Assembly (NCBI GenBank): GCA_964433095.1 | Contig: CAYSPW010000004.1 | Coordinates: forward strand, 1-57,800 | DNA from: an uncultured Gammaproteobacteria bacterium | GTDB taxonomy: Bacteria; Patescibacteriota; Patescibacteriia; Magasanikbacterales; UBA922 | Direction: 5' to 3' | DNA length: 57,800 bases | Shown here: positions 46,769 to 54,668 of the stretch, in pieces | How positions within the stretch are numbered: the first letter of the stretch is position 1 | Layout: each line of letters begins with the position of its first letter | Made by a program: the position numbers and the translations under genes | Notes under the pieces: model-generated | The model's database searches: none | What the model saw: only the letters and a program-made list of their open reading frames with translations | What the model was told of the DNA's origin: nothing

Positions 46769-47797
46769 ATGAAGAAAAAATTAAACTGCGTCATGTATTC
46801 ATTCGTGCCGGATATGAACGATTACCTGCGCTCCAAGCTGCGCGGCCAGAGCGTGAAAATAATAAACGAACCGCTGAATACCAATAATGTGGACCCTGAT
46901 ACGGAAGTGCTGGGCGTTTTTGTGGATTCCAAAGTGGATAAAAATATTTTGAACAAGCTGCCCAAGCTGAAGCTGATCACCACCTTTTCCACCGGCTACG
47001 ACCATATTGACACCAAGGAGGCCAAAAAAAGAGGTATACCGGTATGCAATGTCCCCACATATGGCGAAAACACGGTGGCTCAGCATACTCTCGCTCTAAT
47101 ACTGGCCTTGTCGCGCAATCTATTCAAATCAATCAAAAGGCTCAAAGAAGGCACCCGCGACTACCACGGCCTGCGCGGCTTTGACCTGAAAGATAAAACC
47201 GTGGGCGTAATCGGCACCGGACATATTGGAACGTATGTAATTCAAATGCTCTCCGGCTTTGAAATGAAAATTCTAGCCTACGACGCTTTCCCCAATAAAA
47301 AGCTGGCCCAAAAGCACGGCTTCCGCTATGTTACCCTAAACACACTGCTTTCCAGATCAGACATCGCTACCCTGCATGTCCCCCTGCTGGACTCCACCTA
47401 CCACATGATCAACAACAAAAACATCCGCAACCTGAAGCAAGGCGCATATATCGTCAATACTGCTCGGGGTGCGCTGATAGAACCCAAAGCTTTGTTGTGG
47501 TCGCTTGACAGCTGCCGGGCGGCCGGAGCCGGATTGGATGTGTTTGAAGACGAAGAACTGATCAACGCACCCAAAAAAGTACTGAAAAACCTAAAAGACA
47601 AGAAAAAAATCACCAACAACCTGATTAACGCGCAGATAATAGATCACCCCAATACCATTGTCACTCCGCATAACGCCTTCAATTCCACCGAAGCAATAAA
47701 GAGAATCATTGACACGGCCGTGGATAACGTGAAAAAGTTTGTCAAAGGCGATAAACAGAACGATGTTACCAAGACTAATAAAAAGGGGGGGAAATAA
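46769..47797 (+). CDS. D-isomer-specific 2-hydroxyacid dehydrogenase (NAD-binding)
   Basis: GVIGTGHIGTYV (GxGxxG), NTARGALI, and TPHNAF. Confidence 0.85.
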   Translation: MKKKLNCVMYSFVPDMNDYLRSKLRGQSVKIINEPLNTNNVDPDTEVLGVFVDSKVDKNILNKLPKLKLITTFSTGYDHIDTKEAKKRGIPVCNVPTYGENTVAQHTLALILALSRNLFKSIKRLKEGTRDYHGLRGFDLKDKTVGVIGTGHIGTYVIQMLSGFEMKILAYDAFPNKKLAQKHGFRYVTLNTLLSRSDIATLHVPLLDSTYHMINNKNIRNLKQGAYIVNTARGALIEPKALLWSLDSCRAAGAGLDVFEDEELINAPKKVLKNLKDKKKITNNLINAQIIDHPNTIVTPHNAFNSTEAIKRIIDTAVDNVKKFVKGDKQNDVTKTNKKGGK

Positions 47798-47810
47798 TGT
47801 GCTTTTTTAC

Positions 47811-47839
47811 TTGACAGTTTAAGACGAAAGTGATATAAC
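47811..47839 (+). promoter_or_regulatory. promoter upstream of rplA
   Basis: TTGACA-17 nt-TATAAC. Confidence 0.5.
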
Positions 47840-47856
47840 TAGGGCGAATTAAAAAT

Positions 47857-47891
47857 CGTGGGACCTTGATCATTCAAGGGCTAGTACCACG
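47857..47891 (+). promoter_or_regulatory. leader stem-loop before rplA (candidate L1 autoregulatory site)
   Basis: CGTGG-GA-CCTTGA-TCAT-TCAAGG-GCTAGTA-CCACG is a nested helix with an asymmetric internal loop, 14 nt upstream of the ATG. Confidence 0.35.
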
Positions 47892-47904
47892 CAAAATATA
47901 TTTT

Positions 47905-48579
47905 ATGTCAAAAAGAATGAAGGAGCTGAAAGCCGGCATTGACAGTTCCAAAAAATATGATATTGACGAGGCCGTTGATATTGTCAAACAAACATCCAAT
48001 GTAAAATTTGACGCTTCGGTGGAGCTACACGCTCGCCTGGGCATTGATCCGAAAAAAGGAGATCAACAGATCCGTACTACAGTGGTTTTACCCCATGGCA
48101 GCGGAAAAACCAAAAAAGTGGCCGCGTTTGTCGGACCTAATCATGAAAAAACGGCCAAGCAGGCCGGGGCGGACTACGTGATGGGAGAACAAGAGATAAA
48201 AAAGATAAAAGATACGGGTAAGGTGGAATTTGACATCGCCGTCGCCACTCCGGAAATGATGCCCAAGCTGGCCGTGGCCGCCAAAGTACTGGGTCCGAAA
48301 GGCTTGATGCCCAATCCCAAGACAGGTACTGTCGGAGAACATGTAAAGGAAATGGTGGAAGAGCTGAAAAAAGGCAAAATCGCTTTTAAAAACGACGACG
48401 GCGCCAATGTGCACGTAATGGTCGGAAAAGTCAGTTTTAACAAAGACAGGCTGAAAGAAAATATCACCGCTTTCATAGACGCGCTGAAAAAAGCCAAACC
48501 GACCGGCACAAAAGGCGTTTACATCAAGACCTTGTACCTAACCAGTTCCATGGGACCGAGCATTCAACTGGAAGTATAA
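47905..48579 (+). CDS. rplA: 50S ribosomal protein L1
   Basis: MSKRMKELKAG...DASVELHARLGIDPKKGDQQIRTTVVLPHG. Confidence 0.93.
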   Translation: MSKRMKELKAGIDSSKKYDIDEAVDIVKQTSNVKFDASVELHARLGIDPKKGDQQIRTTVVLPHGSGKTKKVAAFVGPNHEKTAKQAGADYVMGEQEIKKIKDTGKVEFDIAVATPEMMPKLAVAAKVLGPKGLMPNPKTGTVGEHVKEMVEELKKGKIAFKNDDGANVHVMVGKVSFNKDRLKENITAFIDALKKAKPTGTKGVYIKTLYLTSSMGPSIQLEV

Positions 48580-48581
48580 AA

Positions 48582-48609
48582 AATCGGCTGTTTCCCAGCC
48601 GGTTTTTTA
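48582..48609 (+). terminator. intrinsic terminator after rplA
   Basis: CGGCTG-5 nt-CAGCCG followed by a T-run. Confidence 0.6.
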
Positions 48610-48634
48610 TTACTTTTTTTCAAAAAAATACAGT

Positions 48635-48663
48635 TTGACCACGCCTTGTTCATAAGGTAAAAT
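48635..48663 (+). promoter_or_regulatory. promoter of the dTTP-synthesis gene cluster
   Basis: TTGACC-17 nt-TAAAAT. Confidence 0.5.
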
Positions 48664-48701
48664 AATAAAGGATAAGAAATCGTCAATATATTAAATTTTC
48701 T

Positions 48702-49193
48702 ATGTCTTCCACCAATCATGTCCGACCAAGCTGGGATGAATATTTTATGGAAGTGGCGAGGGCGGTGGCTAAGCGGGCCACTTGCGACCGCGGACGTTCC
48801 GGGTGCGTGATTGCCAAAAACAGGCAGATTTTGGTTACCGGTTACGTGGGTTCGGCCGCCGGTCTGCCCCACTGCGATGATGTTGGTCATCAAATGAAAA
48901 CCACTACCCACGAAGACGGCCGCCAAAGTCGGCACTGCGTGCGTACCACCCATGCCGAACAAAATGCCATCGTGCAGGCGGCCAAAGTGGGCGTGGCCAT
49001 AAAAGGAGCCACTCTTTATTGCAAGATGACTCCGTGCGCAGTATGCGCGCGCATGATCATCAATGCCGGCATTAAACGAGTGGTATGCGAAAAAAAATAC
49101 CATGCCGGTGATGAAAGCGAAAATATGTTTAAAAAAGTGGGTATAGAGCTTGACTATTTTTCCCAAGAATTAGAACAATATGCCAACCAATAA
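48702..49193 (+). CDS. dCMP deaminase (ComEB family)
   Basis: HAEQNAI and PCAVCARMIINAGI zinc-binding motifs. Confidence 0.85.
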   Translation: MSSTNHVRPSWDEYFMEVARAVAKRATCDRGRSGCVIAKNRQILVTGYVGSAAGLPHCDDVGHQMKTTTHEDGRQSRHCVRTTHAEQNAIVQAAKVGVAIKGATLYCKMTPCAVCARMIINAGIKRVVCEKKYHAGDESENMFKKVGIELDYFSQELEQYANQ

Positions 49194-49749
49194 AATAATT
49201 TTCGGACTGGTAGGACCACTCGCCAGTGGCAAAGGTACATCGGCCGCTTATTTAAAACAAAAATACCAAGCGAGCGCCTACCGCTTTTCCACCATGCTGC
49301 GCGACCTGCTGGATAGAATTCACCTGAAAAAAAATCGGGATAATCTGATTAAAATGTCCGAGGCCATCAGGGAAAAATTCGGCGAACACATCATGGCTAA
49401 AACCATGGCGGCCGACGCGGAAAAAGATGCCGGCCATATAGTAGTGATAGACGGCATTCGCCGGCAAGCCGACATAGAATATTTGTCAAAAAATCCCGGT
49501 TTCATTCTTGTATCAATTGACGCCGATATTGAAACCAGATATGACAGACTCACCAAAAGAGAAGAAAACACCGACGACAATGAAAAAACTTTTGCCCAGT
49601 TCAAAGCCGACCATCAAAGATCAACAGAATTGACCATTCCGCGGGTAATGAAGCAAGCGGACGACCATATTGACAATAACGGCTCTATCTCTGATTTGCA
49701 TTTGCAGCTGGACAATCTGATAAAAAAATATGTTGAAAATCAACTATGA
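49180..49749 (+). CDS. P-loop nucleotide/nucleoside-monophosphate kinase-like protein
   Basis: Walker A GLVGPLASGKGT. Overlaps the deaminase by 14 nt and thyA by ATGA. Confidence 0.55.
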   Translation: MPTNKIIFGLVGPLASGKGTSAAYLKQKYQASAYRFSTMLRDLLDRIHLKKNRDNLIKMSEAIREKFGEHIMAKTMAADAEKDAGHIVVIDGIRRQADIEYLSKNPGFILVSIDADIETRYDRLTKREENTDDNEKTFAQFKADHQRSTELTIPRVMKQADDHIDNNGSISDLHLQLDNLIKKYVENQL

Positions 49750-50618
49750 AGCAATACATTGACATTATTAAAACTATTTTGGAGAAAGGTGAAATTAAAG
49801 ACGACCGTACCGGGGTCGGTACCATCGCCATACCGGGCATGATGTTTAAACATGAAATGAGCGATGGTTTTCCCATGTTAACCACCAAAAAAGTGCCATT
49901 TCGCCTGGTAAAAACCGAACTGGAATTTTTTATTAAAGGCGTTACCGACAAAAAATGGCTGCAAGAGAAAAAAAATTTTATCTGGAACGAGTGGGCCAAC
50001 CCAAAAAAAGCCCCCTACGGCCATGATGAACAATCAAAACGAAGAATGGCCGAAGAAAGAGATTTAGGTGCCATTTACGGCTTTCAATGGCGTCATTTCA
50101 ACGCTCCCTACGATGACCACAATACGGATTACAGCGGCCAAGGCGTGGATCAGCTGCAAAAAATGGTTCATACCCTAAAGAACAATCCGAGCGACCGGCG
50201 CATGATCGTATCCGCCTGGAATCCCTGCATGTTGAATCAGATGGCCCTGCCGCCTTGTCATTATTGTTTTCAAGTAACAGTGATCAACAACAAGCTAAAC
50301 TTGCTCTGGAACCAGCGCTCGGTAGACTCCATGCTCGGCCTTCCATTTAATATAGCGAGCTATGCTCTGCTGCTGCACCTGCTGGCTAAAGAAAGCGGAT
50401 TTCAAGAAGGTAAGTTGGTCGGTTTTCTGGCCGACACCCATATCTACAAAAACCATATTGAAGGCGCCAAGGAACAAATCGGCCGTGATTACGGCAAATA
50501 CAAATTACCGACAATAGAAACGGAAAATTTCACTTCTATTTTCGACTGGTCGTCCGATCAAACCAAACTTGTTGATTATAAAAGTTACCCCACAATTAAA
50601 TTTGAAATAGCGGTATAA
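49746..50618 (+). CDS. thyA: thymidylate synthase ThyA
   Basis: DRTGVGT, LPPCH catalytic Cys, QRSVDSMLGLPFNIASYALL (Asn, so dUMP-specific), and DTHIYKNH. Confidence 0.93.
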   Translation: MKQYIDIIKTILEKGEIKDDRTGVGTIAIPGMMFKHEMSDGFPMLTTKKVPFRLVKTELEFFIKGVTDKKWLQEKKNFIWNEWANPKKAPYGHDEQSKRRMAEERDLGAIYGFQWRHFNAPYDDHNTDYSGQGVDQLQKMVHTLKNNPSDRRMIVSAWNPCMLNQMALPPCHYCFQVTVINNKLNLLWNQRSVDSMLGLPFNIASYALLLHLLAKESGFQEGKLVGFLADTHIYKNHIEGAKEQIGRDYGKYKLPTIETENFTSIFDWSSDQTKLVDYKSYPTIKFEIAV

Positions 50619-50631
50619 AAAATTATCAATT

Positions 50632-51063
50632 ATGAAACTGCAAATAAAACGCGTGGATACTTCCCTGCCCCTGCCCGGTTACCAAACAGCCGGCTCAGTT
50701 GCTTTTGATCTATACAGCAGAACGGACATCGAAATAGAACCGAAAACCCTTGCTTTGATACCGACCAATCTCATTATCAAAGTTCCTGCCGGATTTATGC
50801 TGGCGATCGTGCCGCGTTCAAGCACCCCCAAAAAAAAGGGCTTGCTCAGTCCGCACGGTTTTGGGATTATTGACCAGGACTATCACGGTGAAAAAGATGA
50901 ATTAAAATTGTTGGTATACAATTTTTCCAAACAAACAACCGGAGTAAGCAAAGGAGAAAGGGTGGGTCAAGCCTGCCTGATACCGATAGAAAAAGTTGAA
51001 TTTGAAGAAATGCGGATCGTGAAAAAAAGCAGCCGCGGCGGATTCGGCAGTACGGGTAATTGA
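50632..51063 (+). CDS. dut: dUTP diphosphatase
   Basis: AGSVAFDLYS, PRSS, GIIDQDYHGE, and RGGFGSTG. Confidence 0.88.
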   Translation: MKLQIKRVDTSLPLPGYQTAGSVAFDLYSRTDIEIEPKTLALIPTNLIIKVPAGFMLAIVPRSSTPKKKGLLSPHGFGIIDQDYHGEKDELKLLVYNFSKQTTGVSKGERVGQACLIPIEKVEFEEMRIVKKSSRGGFGSTGN

Positions 51064-51092
51064 TATATATATAAAAAATTAAATTAATTATT

Positions 51093-51248
51093 ATGAACGA
51101 CGATACAAAAAAAGCCACGCTCCTTGAATTATACGCCGAGGTTCAATTGGCGTATGATGAGTTTTTAAATAAAGCCCGGGATATAGACGAGAAAATTTTA
51201 AAATTAAAAATGGAAAAACTCAATTTAAATCAAAAGGACAACCAATGA
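51093..51248 (+). CDS. possible 51-aa small ORF (below the ORF-track cutoff)
   Basis: Hand translation gives MNDDTKKATLLELYAEVQLAYDEFLNKARDIDEKILKLKMEKLNLNQKDNQ. No SD and no recognised homology. Confidence 0.25.
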   Translation: MNDDTKKATLLELYAEVQLAYDEFLNKARDIDEKILKLKMEKLNLNQKDNQ

Positions 51249-51276
51249 TTAAAATAATTAACGTAATAAACTAAAT

Positions 51277-52554
51277 ATGAACCCAGAAACTCAATCGCAC
51301 ATTTCCGACAAAGGAGCACCTCCACCTTCCTTATTAAAGGCGGAAATTCCCAGTACTCCTATCGAGCAAAGTTTGGCCGATATGAACGAACGGGAAAAGA
51401 TGGAAGTCTTGCAAAATAATGTGGAAAAGAAAAAAGAACGCGCCAAAAAAATTACCACCCGCCAAAGCGAAGAATTAAAAAAAATGAAGCGGCAAAAACC
51501 GAACCTGGCTGATGAGACTGACGAACTGGCGCAAAAAGTGGAGCAAAACAGTTCCAAATATTTCAGCGCGGTAAAAAAGTTTTTCAAAAATTTGGGCGAT
51601 GCCCGCAGGGAGAAAAAAGGAATTAAAAAGCAGAAAAAAGAAGAAAAAAAAGTTATCGCCCGGGAAGAGAAACAAAACAAAAAAGAATTCAAGCAACTAA
51701 AAAGAGAAGTCGGGCCCGAATACGAAAAAGAAAAAAAAATTACCAAAAAGTTTACTCAAAAAGACTGGGATGATTTTGATCTGATTCAACTTGAATACAG
51801 AAGCGGCGGTCCGCAGGCGGTGGTTGATTTTATTGAACAAAACCGAGAAGAATTAAGTACTCGCTTGAAACAATTTTTGAATGAAGAATGGCTGGAGCAA
51901 GTTAAGGCTTCAATACCCAAAACCGAAGAAAAAGAAACGGCCGAGCAGCGTGAAGTTACCGAAGAAGACAAAGATGAATCAAAGGCCGAAGCGGCATCTG
52001 AAGGGGAAAAAGAAAGCGCCGGTAAAAGCGAGCCGCAGGCGAGCCAAGTGGAAGCGACCGAGCCGATGGAAGAGAAAAGCGCAGAAGATGAAAGCGAAGA
52101 GCAAGAAGAACAAGAGCAAAACAAAATTAAAAAGGCGCAAATAATCGAAGAAGAGGTGATTGCCGAAAGCGGTGAGCGATATCTGGACAATATCGCCCGG
52201 ATGATCAACTCGGCCTACGGCGAAAAAGTCACTAAGTCCTTTGTTGAAAAAATGGTACCTAAGTTTGATCGACCGGAAGATATGACCGATCAAAGAAAAG
52301 TGCTGGATACATACAACAGAACTTTGGAGCGAGATAATAAGGAAATAAAAGAGCAAATAAATACCATCAGCGAATTAATTAAATCAAAAGAAGCCGACTT
52401 GGATAAAATAACCGTCAATCGGCTGGCTCATCGCATACGCCGCGAACTATATTCCGGACAGTCGGCCGATACCGACACACCGGCAAAAGATTTAAATCAG
52501 GAAATAATTATTGAAGCTTGGAACAAAGTAAAAAATGAAGCAAAAGAAGAGTAA
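51277..52554 (+). CDS. K/E-rich low-complexity hypothetical protein
   Basis: 425-aa ORF embedded in the dTTP cluster. The antisense and alternative-frame ORFs here are low-complexity artefacts. Confidence 0.55.
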   Translation: MNPETQSHISDKGAPPPSLLKAEIPSTPIEQSLADMNEREKMEVLQNNVEKKKERAKKITTRQSEELKKMKRQKPNLADETDELAQKVEQNSSKYFSAVKKFFKNLGDARREKKGIKKQKKEEKKVIAREEKQNKKEFKQLKREVGPEYEKEKKITKKFTQKDWDDFDLIQLEYRSGGPQAVVDFIEQNREELSTRLKQFLNEEWLEQVKASIPKTEEKETAEQREVTEEDKDESKAEAASEGEKESAGKSEPQASQVEATEPMEEKSAEDESEEQEEQEQNKIKKAQIIEEEVIAESGERYLDNIARMINSAYGEKVTKSFVEKMVPKFDRPEDMTDQRKVLDTYNRTLERDNKEIKEQINTISELIKSKEADLDKITVNRLAHRIRRELYSGQSADTDTPAKDLNQEIIIEAWNKVKNEAKEE

Positions 52555-52555
52555 T

Positions 52556-53065
52556 ATGAAGGTAATATTGATGATGGCCGTTACGGCGGACGGAAAAATA
52601 GCCAAGCATGAAACCCATATGGCCGACTGGACCAGCAAGGCAGACAAAAAGATATTTGTTTCCGAAACCAAGAAAGCGGGCGTCATTATCATGGGTAAAA
52701 CCACCTATGATACCATTGGCCGCCCCCTGCCCGGAAGGCTGAACGTGGTAATGGATTTGAAGCCGGATACATCTTTAAACCGGCCCGGACTGCTTGAGTT
52801 TACGAATACCGAGCCTAAACAATTATTGCGTGAACTGGAACAAAGAGGCTTCCACAGCGTAATCATCGGCGGCGGAGCCACCATCAACGGGCTATTTCTT
52901 TCGCTCGGACTGCTCGATGAATTATGGCTGACCGTGGAACCCAAGCTGTTCGGCGCGGGCATGTCTCTGTTTGCCAATGTCGACACCGCTCTGGATTTAA
53001 ACTTGCTTGAAGTGAAGCATTTGGATGAAAACGTGCTTCAACTAAGATACAAAATAGTAAATTGA
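52556..53065 (+). CDS. dihydrofolate reductase family protein (RibD C-terminal domain type)
   Basis: MKVILMMAVTADGKIA, IIMGKTTYDTIG, and IGGGATINGLFLSLGLLDELWLTVEPKLFG. Confidence 0.7.
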   Translation: MKVILMMAVTADGKIAKHETHMADWTSKADKKIFVSETKKAGVIIMGKTTYDTIGRPLPGRLNVVMDLKPDTSLNRPGLLEFTNTEPKQLLRELEQRGFHSVIIGGGATINGLFLSLGLLDELWLTVEPKLFGAGMSLFANVDTALDLNLLEVKHLDENVLQLRYKIVN

Positions 53066-53066
53066 T

Positions 53067-53774
53067 ATGTATATAGTCATTGACGGCATTGACGGCTCGG
53101 GCAAAAGCACGGTTTTGAATGCTTGGATTGATTATTTGATCCAAAGCAATAATAAAATATTCAATTTGAAAAAATACTGGCAAGAACACAAAATACACCC
53201 TGACCTCAATGAAATCAACACTTGCGATATTTTAATCTCGGCCGAGCCGACTACGGTCTGGACCGGAGCGGCCATCAGGCAGGAAATGATAAAAAACGGC
53301 AGCCAATATAGTGCCGACAGCATCGCCGACGCCTACGCGCTGGACCGACTGGTGCTTTTGAAAAGATTGATTGTGCCCTTTAGACGGCAAGGCGGAATCA
53401 TTGTACAGGACCGCGGCGTCAGCACTTCCCTTTGCTACCAGTCGATACAGTCGCCAACAACTCTGCCCATGCGTTATGTGTCACGGATAGAAGGCAATGC
53501 TTTCGCTTTGGAAAACGCGCCTGATCATTTGGTGATAGCCGACCTACAGGCCGAGCAAGCCATGAACAGGCTCTCGCAAAGAAGCGATGAACAAGATGAC
53601 GCCATATTTGAAAAGCTTGATTTTTTGAAAAAAGCGCGGCAAAAATATCTTGATCCGGATTTTCAAAAATATTTCGCTAAACGCGGTACACGAATACATG
53701 TCTTGGATTGCGGTAAAAAAATTGATATAATGAAGCAAAGTGGCGTTAAATTGCTCAAAAGCATACTTAGTTAA
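53067..53774 (+). CDS. tmk: thymidylate kinase-like protein
   Basis: MYIVIDGIDGSGKST P-loop, and a DR..S motif (VQDRGVSTS). Confidence 0.75.
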   Translation: MYIVIDGIDGSGKSTVLNAWIDYLIQSNNKIFNLKKYWQEHKIHPDLNEINTCDILISAEPTTVWTGAAIRQEMIKNGSQYSADSIADAYALDRLVLLKRLIVPFRRQGGIIVQDRGVSTSLCYQSIQSPTTLPMRYVSRIEGNAFALENAPDHLVIADLQAEQAMNRLSQRSDEQDDAIFEKLDFLKKARQKYLDPDFQKYFAKRGTRIHVLDCGKKIDIMKQSGVKLLKSILS

Positions 53775-53800
53775 TTTAATTTTTAACATAAACAAAAACT

Positions 53801-54547
53801 ATGTTGATTTCAGCCGGCAATATTATCACGGCCAGCGTCAAGCTATACCGCGATAATGCTCGCCTTTTTCTGAAGTATATGGGATTGCTTTTTATTCCCA
53901 CAGCCATTATCGGAATTTTGGGGTTCTATTCATACCAAAGTGATTTAATGGGCATCATATATTTCATAGTAACCTTAGCCGCGGTCATAGTAACAGTCTG
54001 GATTTCCATCGCTTTTATAATAAATCTGGCAGACATCTACCAGGCCAAGAAACGGATGGAAATGAAAACAGAACTGCAAAAAGCCTCGCCAATGATCTTG
54101 CCCGTGATCTGGGTATCTATCCTCACCGGATTGGCGATATTGGTCGGATCGATCCTGCTTATCATTCCCGGAATCATTTTTTGGGTTTGGTTCGCTTTTT
54201 CCCATTACATTGTGATTTTGGAAAACAAGCGCGGCACCGAGGCGCTAAAAGCGAGCAAAAAAATGGTGGAAGGACGCTGGTTCGGCATCTTTTGGAGACT
54301 GTTCGCCCCGGGATTCGTGTTCGTTCTGTTAATGGTAATTCTACAGGCAGTTGTTACCCTGCCTTTCGGCGATCTGAGATTGACAGAGTTTGGTCTGATT
54401 GTAATGGCTCTACTCTCTTCGGCCGCTTCACTGCTGGTCACACCGCTGTCCACGGCCGCACTGACAATTCTGTATCTTGAAGCAAAAAAAAATCCGGCCG
54501 CCAAACCTATGAACAAACCCGAGCCGAAGCAGGAAGCCAAAGTTTAG
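53801..54547 (+). CDS. polytopic membrane protein, unknown function
   Basis: 248 aa with 5-6 hydrophobic helices. Confidence 0.55.
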   Translation: MLISAGNIITASVKLYRDNARLFLKYMGLLFIPTAIIGILGFYSYQSDLMGIIYFIVTLAAVIVTVWISIAFIINLADIYQAKKRMEMKTELQKASPMILPVIWVSILTGLAILVGSILLIIPGIIFWVWFAFSHYIVILENKRGTEALKASKKMVEGRWFGIFWRLFAPGFVFVLLMVILQAVVTLPFGDLRLTEFGLIVMALLSSAASLLVTPLSTAALTILYLEAKKNPAAKPMNKPEPKQEAKV

Positions 54548-54565
54548 AAAAAAATTAGGCTAAAA

Positions 54566-54590
54566 AACCGGTTAAAAACCGGTTTTCTGT
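54566..54590 (+). terminator. terminator hairpin
   Basis: Two copies of the palindrome AACCGGTT separated by AAA, followed by TTTT. Confidence 0.55.
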
Positions 54591-54668
54591 TTTAAATAAC
54601 CAGATCTTTTCAATCGCGGCAATATTTGATAATGTATATACGAAAATAATCAAAAAAAGAATAAAATT

